DNA of 64,000 nucleotides from Fidelibacterota bacterium (GCA_046861385.1 JBHHTW010000006.1:29801-93800), one strand, 5' to 3'. Positions 10,056 to 19,624 are shown, counted from the stretch's first letter. Notes: a model not told the origin generated them from the letters alone. Numbers and translations are program-made.

Positions 10056-11144
10056 TTATAATTTATGCTGTTTTTTATGAAATTCAGGACTGTTGAATTT
10101 TGCATCTTCAGGACTGGCGTTGTCTGATACATCTATTTCAGAAAACGAATCATCTGTTTCTATCTCAAATTCTTCAGATAGTACTTTTTTACTGCTCTTC
10201 CTAACCGGTTTTTTCGTGGGCTTTCTCACGTTTTTTTTCACCGTCTTTTTTCCCGGTTTTTTAATTGGCTTTTCGTCTAGTTTTTCATCTTTTTCTTTAT
10301 CTTGTTTTTTGTTAGTCGTTTCCTTTTTAACTCTATTTCGTTTTGGTTTCGGAACATCTTTCATCGAGACACCTTCGAGATCAGACTCCGCATAAGCAAT
10401 TTGTGCCTCGGCTTCTTTTTTCTCAACATTTTCGTCTAATTCTTCCAGATCGAATTGAAAGGACTTTGGGTTAAACATACCATATAGTGCTCCATAACCG
10501 CGCGTAATTCCATTTCCAATTCCCATATAATTCGGGAGGAGAAAGTTGGTTCGAAATTCACCGGAAAATGCTCCCCAGAAACGTTCATCAACTGGTTTTG
10601 GAAACATGGAGGTTAGGTTCACTTTTGTAAAGATTTTGTCAGTGATCTCAACTCCCATTTCACGGGCAAGAAATACAATGTTTTGTCCCAAAAGCCGATT
10701 CAGAAATGATATACGTTCCATATTATTCAAGAAACGATAGCGACTGCCTGTGGTTTGATTTAACGCTACCCAGGGGGTCAGAAATCGATACCTGATTAAT
10801 CTGTCCACTTGTCTAAAGTGATCTGAGTTGGATACCACATCTGTATCAAACACCTGAAATGTAATATTGCCAAAGTCCAATATGTCGAGTCTGTCTGCTA
10901 ATTCTATAACAGGATCCACTCCTTCATGGATTCCGACAATATATATTTGCTCATTCAGGATTTTTACTTGCACCCGGGGGTAAAGAAATTGATCCCGGTA
11001 TGTACCATCCATCATTGAAATTACTTCCAAATCAGGATATTGACGCATAAAGACACCTTTAACCTGATATGGCGTCTTTCTGACTGGCTTATCCGTTAAA
11101 ACACGAACAGTAACTGTGCGCACCTCACTGTTACTATATTCCAT
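10056..11144 (-). CDS. cas6: Stand-alone Cas6 (Cas6b-like RAMP) protein with long charged C-terminal tail
   Basis: YPRVQVK, YRFLTPWVALNQ, FSGEFRTNFLLPNY and C-terminal G-loop GIGNGITRGYG (GhGxxxxxGhG); SD GAGGTG at 11150-11155; stop abuts next ATG (TAAATG). Confidence 0.82.
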   Translation of the reverse strand: MEYSNSEVRTVTVRVLTDKPVRKTPYQVKGVFMRQYPDLEVISMMDGTYRDQFLYPRVQVKILNEQIYIVGIHEGVDPVIELADRLDILDFGNITFQVFDTDVVSNSDHFRQVDRLIRYRFLTPWVALNQTTGSRYRFLNNMERISFLNRLLGQNIVFLAREMGVEITDKIFTKVNLTSMFPKPVDERFWGAFSGEFRTNFLLPNYMGIGNGITRGYGALYGMFNPKSFQFDLEELDENVEKKEAEAQIAYAESDLEGVSMKDVPKPKRNRVKKETTNKKQDKEKDEKLDEKPIKKPGKKTVKKNVRKPTKKPVRKSSKKVLSEEFEIETDDSFSEIDVSDNASPEDAKFNSPEFHKKQHKL

Positions 11145-11170
11145 ATTTACACCTCATTAGTTAGTTATAA

Positions 11171-11194
11171 TAAAAGGACTGCACCTTTAGCAGT
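11171..11194 (-). terminator. Small hairpin with short U-tract between rho and cas6
   Basis: Minus strand ACTGC-TAAAGGT-GCAGT then CCTTTTA; weak. Confidence 0.35.
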
Positions 11195-11203
11195 AAGTTA
11201 CAT

Positions 11204-12451
11204 TTATTGATTCATAGTTTCCATAAATTCTTCATTGCTCTTTGTCCGCTTCATTCTTGTATGCATAAACTCCATTGCTTCAATAACGTTCATTTCATTT
11301 AAGAGTTTCCTTAAAATCCACATTCTTCCAAGTGTCTTTTTATCCAGGAGCAATTCTTCTTTTCTTGTCCCGGAACGCACAATATCAAACGACGGGTATA
11401 TACGACGGTCACTTAGGCGGCGGTCTAAAACAAGTTCCATATTACCTGTTCCTTTAAACTCCTCAAAAATGACTTCATCCATCCTGCTTCCTGTGTCGAT
11501 CAAGGCGGTGGCAATAATTGATAAACTTCCACTTTCTTCAGTGTTTCTTGCTGCACCAAAAAATTGTTTCGGTTTTTTTAAAGCATTGGAATCAACACCA
11601 CCAGATAAAATTTTACCACTGTGTGGAATGACTGCGTTGTGAGCACGCCCTAGGCGTGTAAGGCTATCAAGTAATATGACTACATCATGGCCATATTCTA
11701 CCATGCGCCTTGCTTTTTGCAAAACCATATCTGCAACGGCAACGTGACGTTCGGGTGGTTCATCAAAAGTAGAGCTCACCACTTCTGCATCGACATGTTG
11801 TTTCATATCTGTTACTTCTTCCGGGCGTTCATCAATTAATAGGATAATTAATTTGATTTCCGGATGATTATTCAATAATGAATTAGCGATTTTTTGCAGC
11901 AGAACTGTTTTTCCTGTCTTTGGTTGAGCTACAATCAATCCTCGCTGTCCTTTCCCAATAGGAGAAATTAAATCCATAATCCTGGTTGATAAATCCTTTG
12001 GATCCGTTTCCAGGTTGAATTTTTTATCTGGATATTTTGGTGTTAGATTATCAAACAAGATTCCTTTTTTAACTTGATCCGGCGATTCGTCATTCACCGT
12101 TTCCAGTTTCAGCAGCGCGTAAAACCTTTCTTTTTCTTTTGGCTTTCGAATTTGCCCATAAACAGAATGTCCTGTTTTTAAACCGAAACGCTTAATTTGC
12201 GACGGACTCACATAAATATCATCCTGACCCGGTAAATAGTTATAATCAGGGCTTCTTAAAAAGCCGTAACCTTCGTTCAATACTTCCAGAACTCCTCTGG
12301 CGTGTAAAACGCCTTCTTTCTCGTTTTGTGCTTCAAGAACTTTAATAATTAATCCCTGCTTATTCAAGCCGGAAGAGCCCTGGATCTTTAAATCCTGAGC
12401 CAATTTTACCAGTTCTTTAATATTTAGGGATTGTAGTTGATTAACATCCAT
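11204..12451 (-). CDS. rho: Transcription termination factor Rho
   Basis: [43 protein letters not shown]. Confidence 0.98.
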   Translation of the reverse strand: MDVNQLQSLNIKELVKLAQDLKIQGSSGLNKQGLIIKVLEAQNEKEGVLHARGVLEVLNEGYGFLRSPDYNYLPGQDDIYVSPSQIKRFGLKTGHSVYGQIRKPKEKERFYALLKLETVNDESPDQVKKGILFDNLTPKYPDKKFNLETDPKDLSTRIMDLISPIGKGQRGLIVAQPKTGKTVLLQKIANSLLNNHPEIKLIILLIDERPEEVTDMKQHVDAEVVSSTFDEPPERHVAVADMVLQKARRMVEYGHDVVILLDSLTRLGRAHNAVIPHSGKILSGGVDSNALKKPKQFFGAARNTEESGSLSIIATALIDTGSRMDEVIFEEFKGTGNMELVLDRRLSDRRIYPSFDIVRSGTRKEELLLDKKTLGRMWILRKLLNEMNVIEAMEFMHTRMKRTKSNEEFMETMNQ

Positions 12452-12556
12452 ATATAAATAACTCCAATTGAATTATGACGGTATATTTTTTTAATGAAAT
12501 TTTCTTTGTGAAATATATTCCTGCGGAAGCAGGTGCATAGAAAGCGTGAAATTACT

Positions 12557-13807
12557 TTAAATGAACTCCTTGTCAAAGGAAAAATGAAAATGCTTAAATA
12601 TATGTTCTGCAATATAATGGGAGCCAAAAACCAACCCCGGTTTTTCCTTGTTAATAGAAGATGTAAAGTCCTTTAAATGATTGATTGGGTGAGCATCGAT
12701 ATCATATTTTTTTAAACATTGGCTCAAATCAATGGCGGGCATGAGAAGATTATTTTCATCGCCAATCGTCCAGATGGTTTCAAATTGATCCTTTATTGAA
12801 GATGCAATCAAACTAAATTCTTTATCTTCTTTCAAAGCCATGAGTCCAATGGGTTTCCCGCTAAATAAAGCATTTATTGTATTGAGGGTGGCGTTGATTC
12901 CATCTGCATTATGGGCAACATCGTAAATAATTGGAGGACAAGAAGATAAAATTTGGAAACGACCCGGCCAAGCTACTTTTTTTAGACCCATATTTATGTT
13001 ATTTTGTGTTATTCCAATATTCAAAGCACGAACGCCTGCAATCGCGAGAGAAGTGTTAATAGCTTGGTGATTTCCAATGAGCGATGTTGTGTGCGTAGAG
13101 CCGTCCCAAATAAATGTTGTGCCTGTTAAGGAAATATTACATTGATCGGGTTTTTTAAGAAATTGGATATTCGCACCGACTGATCTGGCTTTTTTTTCGA
13201 AAACGGTTTGAACGGTGTTCGCTTGGACACAACTTATCACCGGAATCTCTTTTTTTATAATTCCGGCTTTCTCTCCAGCAATATCATAAATCGTTCCACC
13301 CAATATTTCTCGGTGATCCATACTCACTGTTGTAAGAATTGAAATTTCAGGATTGATTACATTTGTTGAATCCAGTCGCCCGCCCAAACCTGTTTCAATA
13401 ACCGCGTAATCAACCTTCTTTTTTTGAAAATACCAAAGTGCCATAGCGGTTGTTGTTTCAAAAAATGTACTTTGAATGACTTTAATATCTTTAGAGAATA
13501 AATCCATGAATTCCACAATATGGGTATCAGAAATTGGAATACCATTAACTCTAATACGCTCGTTGAAGTGAATTAAATGAGGTGATGTATATAAACCAAC
13601 TTTTAATCCTGCCTCATGCAAAATGGAATAAATCATCGCACATGTAGATCCCTTACCGTTTGTTCCCGCCACATGAATGAGCTTTAATTTTTTTTGAGGA
13701 TTATCACAGGCTCTTAGCAACTGTCTAGTATGATTTAGCCCAGTTTTAATTCCAAGGCGCTGTAAGGAGTATAGTTCTTTTAGGATTTGCTGAAAATCAG
13801 AATTCAT
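12557..13807 (-). CDS. folC: Folylpolyglutamate/dihydrofolate synthase
   Basis: HVAGTNGKGS, YTSPHL, ETGLGGRLDSTN, DVAHN. Confidence 0.95.
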   Translation of the reverse strand: MNSDFQQILKELYSLQRLGIKTGLNHTRQLLRACDNPQKKLKLIHVAGTNGKGSTCAMIYSILHEAGLKVGLYTSPHLIHFNERIRVNGIPISDTHIVEFMDLFSKDIKVIQSTFFETTTAMALWYFQKKKVDYAVIETGLGGRLDSTNVINPEISILTTVSMDHREILGGTIYDIAGEKAGIIKKEIPVISCVQANTVQTVFEKKARSVGANIQFLKKPDQCNISLTGTTFIWDGSTHTTSLIGNHQAINTSLAIAGVRALNIGITQNNINMGLKKVAWPGRFQILSSCPPIIYDVAHNADGINATLNTINALFSGKPIGLMALKEDKEFSLIASSIKDQFETIWTIGDENNLLMPAIDLSQCLKKYDIDAHPINHLKDFTSSINKEKPGLVFGSHYIAEHIFKHFHFSFDKEFI

Positions 13808-14600
13808 GAACCATTTGGACGTTATCTAAAGATGAGCCCAAAAAGCGTTTACCAATCGCCTCAAACCTCAAGGGAATATCTGTGACGTAACACGTGAGAG
13901 ACCCCGCTTGGTCGTCGGTATTTAACAAATGAGAGTTTGACAGCTGTGTTTGTATTTCTTGCGCTACTGCTTCCGCTGAATCTATTAGAGTCATTTTTTC
14001 ATTGACATAATTAGCGATAATGTTTTTTAATAATGGATAATGAGTACACCCTAGAATCAACGTATCAATCTGATTATTATTAAACGGTTTCAAATAATGG
14101 GCGGTTATTTGCTCGACAACATTCCCTTCCAGCCAACCTTCTTCAGCCAGTGGAACAAAAAGGGGACACGGTTGTGCGCTGGTAACAACATTTTTATCTA
14201 AACTATAAATTGCTTTTTCATAGGCACCAGAACTAATGGTAGCAACAGTTCCAATGATGCCTACGTGTTTATTTTGTGTTGCTATCACCGCTTCCTTTGC
14301 CCCGGGATTGATAACGCCAACAACAGGCTCATTAATATTATTCATTAATGTATCTAGTGCCATTGCAGACGCAGTATTGCACGCAACGACTATCAATTTG
14401 GAATTGTTTTTTATTAAATAATCCGTAATGTCATTAGAATATTCAATAATGAGTTCTTTACTTTTATTGCCGTAAGGGACTCGGGCTGTATCGCCAAAAT
14501 ATATAATCGATTCATTCGGAAGAAGTTTTTGTATTGCTTTCACAACGGTTAACCCTCCCAATCCAGAATCAAATACACCGATGGGTCTTGAATCAGACAT
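13797..14600 (-). CDS. murI: Glutamate racemase
   Basis: FDSGLGG, PYG, ACNTAS, LGCTHYP. Confidence 0.97.
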   Translation of the reverse strand: MSDSRPIGVFDSGLGGLTVVKAIQKLLPNESIIYFGDTARVPYGNKSKELIIEYSNDITDYLIKNNSKLIVVACNTASAMALDTLMNNINEPVVGVINPGAKEAVIATQNKHVGIIGTVATISSGAYEKAIYSLDKNVVTSAQPCPLFVPLAEEGWLEGNVVEQITAHYLKPFNNNQIDTLILGCTHYPLLKNIIANYVNEKMTLIDSAEAVAQEIQTQLSNSHLLNTDDQAGSLTCYVTDIPLRFEAIGKRFLGSSLDNVQMVHEF

Positions 14601-16093
14601 TAACCTTCTACCAATAATTCTTCCCGAAGAGTCCGGAATTTTATTATTGCATTAAAAATTCCAACTGCAATTTTTTGTCGATATGCAGTTTGTTTCATAC
14701 GAGCTTCTTCAGTCGCATTTGAAAGAAAGCCGGTTTCGATAAGTACATTGGGCATGCTCGCTCCTATCAGAACAACAAATCCTGCTTGTTTTACACCTCT
14801 GTTTGTGCTGTTCAATCTTTTGCCTAATTCTTCTTGAATTAGTGCAGCTAATTTTTCACTTTCTTTCATGAACATTGATTGAGCCATCGTTGCCATAATT
14901 AAATTTTCTCCTGTTAATTCCTTATATTTTTCTCCACTGTGTTCCTCCATTTTGATGACTGAATTTTCGCGATGCGCCAATTCGATGGCATCATCAGATT
15001 TCCCTTGTTTTAGCAAGAATGTCTCAAACCCTCTTGCTGAGCGATTTGGATTGCTATTACAGTGGATGCTTACGAACATTTTCCCATTATTTTCATTTGC
15101 AATTTTGGTGCGTTTCCACAATGGGATAAAAACATCTTCGTCTCGAGTATACACGACATTAATATTGGTTTTCTTTTCTAGGAGAAGCCCTAACCGCTTG
15201 GTGATATCCAATACAATATCTTTTTCCCGAGTCCCCCTTTTCCCAACTGTGCCGCCATCTTTACCACCATGCCCGGCATCCAACACCACTGTATCTAGTT
15301 GCCATCTTTCTCTTAATGCTCTAATGCGGTCAGCGCTTTTGTCAAAGGGAGTCCGCAACGTGATTACAATTGCATTTGGATCCTGGCTTTGAAATACTTC
15401 ATGCCCTATTATATCTGATCGTAGACGAAAAGCTAATTGAGCCGATTCCGTGAATTGATGTGCGGCTACTTTTGCCACAACACCTCGAGTATCCGTTTTT
15501 TTTATTTGTATGGAATCTACTAGTCCATCCTGAATGGTGAGATAAAACCATCCATTTTCGTGAACAAATGAACTGATATGGCCTGTGTCAAAATGCTGTC
15601 GTGTATGAAGTGTTAAAATGGTTCCGTTTGATTTCTGGTCAATGTCTAAATCGGTAATATTGTAATTAACCACATTTATATCCAGTCTCAATTTTTTAGG
15701 ATCATAAGACAACCCTGGCAAAACTGTTTTTTTAAGAATATTTAAAAATGGTATTGTTGGCAAATAAATATCATTATCTTTATCTCTGGCATAGACAGGC
15801 ATGTGATACACTTCTTCATCTACCAAAACATAACTTGAATTGTTTGAAATTTTTATGCGCTTATTAGAGAAGTAAAGCACCATTTTCTTTCTATCATGAT
15901 TTATATAGGGCTGTCTGGATGTTAGAATTTCAGATAGATTTTTTGCAGAGATAAACGAAGGGTTCTCATCCAATATTTTTAGCTCAGATTCCTGTTTGCT
16001 TACACTATTATATACTGTAATAGAGGCATTCATCCATGATGAACAAAAAAGTATTATTAATAGACTATTTATGATAATGTTTCTGTGAATCAT
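14600..16093 (-). CDS. N-acetylmuramoyl-L-alanine amidase (Amidase_3, AmiA/B/C-like)
   Basis: Signal peptide; LDAGHGG, E, SIHCN, LIETGF. Confidence 0.93.
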   Translation of the reverse strand: MIHRNIIINSLLIILFCSSWMNASITVYNSVSKQESELKILDENPSFISAKNLSEILTSRQPYINHDRKKMVLYFSNKRIKISNNSSYVLVDEEVYHMPVYARDKDNDIYLPTIPFLNILKKTVLPGLSYDPKKLRLDINVVNYNITDLDIDQKSNGTILTLHTRQHFDTGHISSFVHENGWFYLTIQDGLVDSIQIKKTDTRGVVAKVAAHQFTESAQLAFRLRSDIIGHEVFQSQDPNAIVITLRTPFDKSADRIRALRERWQLDTVVLDAGHGGKDGGTVGKRGTREKDIVLDITKRLGLLLEKKTNINVVYTRDEDVFIPLWKRTKIANENNGKMFVSIHCNSNPNRSARGFETFLLKQGKSDDAIELAHRENSVIKMEEHSGEKYKELTGENLIMATMAQSMFMKESEKLAALIQEELGKRLNSTNRGVKQAGFVVLIGASMPNVLIETGFLSNATEEARMKQTAYRQKIAVGIFNAIIKFRTLREELLVEG

Positions 16094-16137
16094 AGGCGGG
16101 AAGTTATTCTCATAAAACCAACCTCTGCAATGGTACT

Positions 16138-17937
16138 CTATAAATTTATTTGGATAGCTAACGCTCCGGTTTTATCAGTAGTTCCTTTGAATGTTGTGAA
16201 CGACCATCTAACTCTGTATCTAATAAATATTCGATAATTGCTATGGTCTGATATTTGAATTCTTGCTCCAATTTGTTGACTATCACGACTGACAGCAATG
16301 CTGTTCATTTCCCCCGGAAGATTGAGTCCCCAAAAATATATTCTACTATTATAGTCATCAACTTTAGACACAATCCAACTGACTGTGGCACCGTAATTAT
16401 TTCCTTTGAAACGTATTCTTGTTTCCAACCCGTACCCCCAGGAAGGATTCATATTAAATGTTGCTGTATTTATCTGCCATCGGATATTTGCCCGTTTATT
16501 TATTTTGTATTGATATTGCCATTTTGATGTGGTTCGTTTTATTTCAGAATAATTAACATTATTTGGGAAATAGGCTTCAACGGATGTTTGCGAATTTTGT
16601 TTGAATTGGATTATTATTTGATGAACTAAATGAGACCATTTCCAACGAATTCCGTTTTCCTGTTTGATCAGGCGATATGGAGAATAAGAGTCTTCTTCAA
16701 TTTTATGAGCAATATCACTATATAAAGCAAAAACATGATTTTTCATTTTTACTCTCACATTCTGAAAAACACCCTTTTCACCATCTTGATACCCTCTCCA
16801 TTCTGAAAATGGTTGTGAGCGGTATGTTCTAAAATGATGAGGGTACGATCGAATGGTCACTAAATATTTGATTTCTTTTAATCGAAACAACGCTCCTGAC
16901 AAAAATGAAATGTCCTGTAAATTATGAATCGCACTTTCGCCAAACCACTCCCAATTGTGCCATCTGCCTGTAGTAAAAACAGATCCCGATGCCTTAGTGA
17001 ATACAGTGGATTTCCTCAAATCAACTACCCGTTGGTTATTAATGATAATTCCAATGTGATTGTCAAAAAAATCATTACTCCATAAGAGAGTGCTTGAGTT
17101 CTCCTTTAAATTATTTTCAGCAGTTAAATCATTTTTTGTTATATGCAAACCTGTTTCATCTATATTGATTTTACCATTTTCTACTTTTCCGTCCTGGAGT
17201 GAATTCCCAATTGAAAAGATTATTTCGCCAAAGTTGGATTCCCATTGAACCCCAAGTCCTTTCGTGCTCCAATATTCATTACTTGACCGATATGGTTTTA
17301 ACCCTTTTCCTTTTCTGGTTAATACATTGATTGTTTCAAATCCCTTATAAGGCGAAGTTGCTCTCCAGGTTATTAAGCCAAAACCACCTTCCAACTGATG
17401 ATCCCCAATTATCCAACGCATTGATTTCCCATTTCCCTGAAGGTTAAATACAGCGTGGTCTAATATATTTCTTTCACCCGGATCTTTTTCAAACAACAAG
17501 TGAACATGATAATCACGAAACGAAACCGATGTTCGCAAATCATGTCTGATGCCATTCGTTTGTGTGATTTTTTCCCTGACCGATCCATGAATTTGCGGTT
17601 CATTAATGATGTTAATATTATTGATTAATATTTGAATTGATTTAGACAACTGACTACTTGTTTTCAATTCGTCTATCGTCTTTACTTGACCAAGTATTTT
17701 TTGATCATCGGTTGAAATTATAGAAATATTCGAAAGAATGATAAGGGCATTTTTTGTGGTTTGTTCTTCATTTAATAAGCTATTTAAATAAATGATATCT
17801 TCTTCCGGGATCACCGCTTCCGAATCATACCCGAATTGATTGAGGATTTCTTCTGTGGAGTTTGTTTTATCGTTGGATGGAAAACCCAACACCCATCCAA
17901 TGAGAAATATCCAGATAATTGTGAGTTGAAAAAGCAT
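16138..17937 (-). CDS. Putative outer-membrane beta-barrel protein (resembles FCB-group ComEA/HhH-associated barrel family)
   Basis: Signal peptide, FEKDPGE motif, amphipathic beta strands, C-terminal LAIQINL. Confidence 0.55.
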   Translation of the reverse strand: MLFQLTIIWIFLIGWVLGFPSNDKTNSTEEILNQFGYDSEAVIPEEDIIYLNSLLNEEQTTKNALIILSNISIISTDDQKILGQVKTIDELKTSSQLSKSIQILINNINIINEPQIHGSVREKITQTNGIRHDLRTSVSFRDYHVHLLFEKDPGERNILDHAVFNLQGNGKSMRWIIGDHQLEGGFGLITWRATSPYKGFETINVLTRKGKGLKPYRSSNEYWSTKGLGVQWESNFGEIIFSIGNSLQDGKVENGKINIDETGLHITKNDLTAENNLKENSSTLLWSNDFFDNHIGIIINNQRVVDLRKSTVFTKASGSVFTTGRWHNWEWFGESAIHNLQDISFLSGALFRLKEIKYLVTIRSYPHHFRTYRSQPFSEWRGYQDGEKGVFQNVRVKMKNHVFALYSDIAHKIEEDSYSPYRLIKQENGIRWKWSHLVHQIIIQFKQNSQTSVEAYFPNNVNYSEIKRTTSKWQYQYKINKRANIRWQINTATFNMNPSWGYGLETRIRFKGNNYGATVSWIVSKVDDYNSRIYFWGLNLPGEMNSIAVSRDSQQIGARIQISDHSNYRIFIRYRVRWSFTTFKGTTDKTGALAIQINL

Positions 17938-18700
17938 AACTTATTTTTATTTGTTTATAATCGATATTTATTCCCAGTGTTAATTGGTTTGGTGATGTTG
18001 CATGTCCGGCACATACGCTGATCCATGGCATTAACAAAAACTCGCCACCAAATTTTATTCGACTCTCATTGAGAGTTTCTTGTTCCCATTCGAAAATGAA
18101 TTGTACCTTTTTTGAAGGATCAACCAAAAACCCTGAGGAAATAACCTGCGGCAGCGAGTCTTTGGATTTGCCAATTATTGGCGCATTGATATTTCTTAAA
18201 CTACCAAACCAGTGAATATTATCATCTAATGCTGCTCTCCATCCAAGATTTAAGCCTGCGGTTCGGTCGCTGCCATATTGCTTGATTTTCAGATCATAGA
18301 TCATTACTGATGCGCCCAGAATCAATTTCTTTTTGATCTTTGTCCCGGTTACAATCCCCCAAATAGTTTCACGATATAACTTATCTCCAAAAACACTTCC
18401 CCCGGCTGAAATATTCCAGCGACGAAATGACCCGGCAATGACGGCACTGCGATGACTTAATGCCTTCAGTGAAAATTTTTCTCCCCATGCGACACCAAAT
18501 TTACTTTTTTCAAACAGCATTACGCTGGCAGGGTCACTAAAAGTACCAATCGGATTAGATTGAGTGTTGACCAATAAATACCCGGTTGCCACAGCTTCCG
18601 GGGCAGAAGGATAATGCTCAAAAGCGCCAAAAAGCTGGTTAAGTCCAGTTATCAAATAAACAATTGAAATCACCGTTGTTCTTTTTATTTGAAGAATGAT
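17867..18700 (-). CDS. Putative outer-membrane beta-barrel protein (PorV/PorQ-like)
   Basis: SDPAS (NPA-like) motif, alternating beta strands, aromatic C-terminus; track start GTG 18673, but SD AGGAGGT at 18708-18714 points to ATC 18700. Confidence 0.55.
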   Translation of the reverse strand: MILQIKRTTVISIVYLITGLNQLFGAFEHYPSAPEAVATGYLLVNTQSNPIGTFSDPASVMLFEKSKFGVAWGEKFSLKALSHRSAVIAGSFRRWNISAGGSVFGDKLYRETIWGIVTGTKIKKKLILGASVMIYDLKIKQYGSDRTAGLNLGWRAALDDNIHWFGSLRNINAPIIGKSKDSLPQVISSGFLVDPSKKVQFIFEWEQETLNESRIKFGGEFLLMPWISVCAGHATSPNQLTLGINIDYKQIKISYAFSTHNYLDISHWMGVGFSIQR

Positions 18701-18903
18701 TACTAGTACCTCCTATATGAAAAAACAAACAAATATCTGAAAAAAACATCAAAAACCCAATCAACTAGATGCTCTTTATATTAAGAAATTGCTTTATTCC
18801 TAAAACGATAAAAATTCAAAAAACGATTTGCAATATCTCACATTATATAATGTTTAAACGAAATAATTATGAATAGTTTACACAACATTTTGTCTATAAA
18901 CAA

Positions 18904-18927
18904 CTACGCCCCGATAAAGGGGCGCAG
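18904..18927 (-). terminator. Terminator hairpin after small membrane protein pair
   Basis: Minus strand CTGCGCCCC-TTTATC-GGGGCGTAG followed by TTGTTT. Confidence 0.65.
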
Positions 18928-18956
18928 CATTCAAAATGGATATTATTGGCTGTGGT

Positions 18957-19169
18957 TTATTTTTTGGAGTTCATAGCAACGAGAAAAATCAGTGCTAACA
19001 GACCCGCAAGGCCTGCGTCACCAAATTGTCCCATCAAACTACCTACTCCTGCAATCACGCCAAATGGATCGTCAAATAAAATTCCTATGACAATACCGAG
19101 GACCACCAGCGTTTTCAGCAGGTCGGTTATTTTGGCTATCCATTTATTTACTTGGTCAAAAGCATTCAT
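18957..19169 (-). CDS. Small two-helix membrane protein (paralog 2)
   Basis: 70 aa, SD AGGAGG, GLAGLLALIFLV motif shared with upstream paralog. Confidence 0.85.
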   Translation of the reverse strand: MNAFDQVNKWIAKITDLLKTLVVLGIVIGILFDDPFGVIAGVGSLMGQFGDAGLAGLLALIFLVAMNSKK

Positions 19170-19247
19170 ATTTCCTCCTATGATGAGGTTATCAGGATCA
19201 AACAGGGCTCAAATTTGCAAAAGAGCCCTGTAATTTCATCCCGTTAA

Positions 19248-19457
19248 TTATCCCACCATGGATACGAGAAATAGTAACGCTAATAAACCCGCTAGTCCAC
19301 CGTCAAGAAATGTGTTTACTAAATCAACTATACCACCAACGGGGTCAAAACCTGTTGCGTATAAAATGTTAGCAAAAACGAAGAATACGATTAAGCCTTT
19401 AACAAGACTTACGATTCCTGCGACGACACTATTGACAGTTGAGCTTACATCAGCCAT
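19248..19457 (-). CDS. Small two-helix membrane protein (paralog 1)
   Basis: 69 aa, SD AAGGAGG, GLAGLLALLFLV motif. Confidence 0.85.
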   Translation of the reverse strand: MADVSSTVNSVVAGIVSLVKGLIVFFVFANILYATGFDPVGGIVDLVNTFLDGGLAGLLALLFLVSMVG

Positions 19458-19624
19458 GATGTTCCTCCTTGGTTTGGTTATTAGTAAAACAGAGGCAGTT
19501 CGCCCCCGTTTGTTTGGTATGTTTTTCTTGATTGAGATGGATTTTAAATATCTTCAAATCATCTGAATTTAAGCACATTTCAATATTTATCAACATTTTT
19601 ATTCCGTGGGTATAATTTAATCAT

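Noticed and set aside
12517-12537. CCTGC-GGAA-GCAGG mini-palindrome upstream of rho (similar one near 47881-47901)
   Set aside because: Too short and too dissimilar to call a REP family or regulatory element from this window alone.
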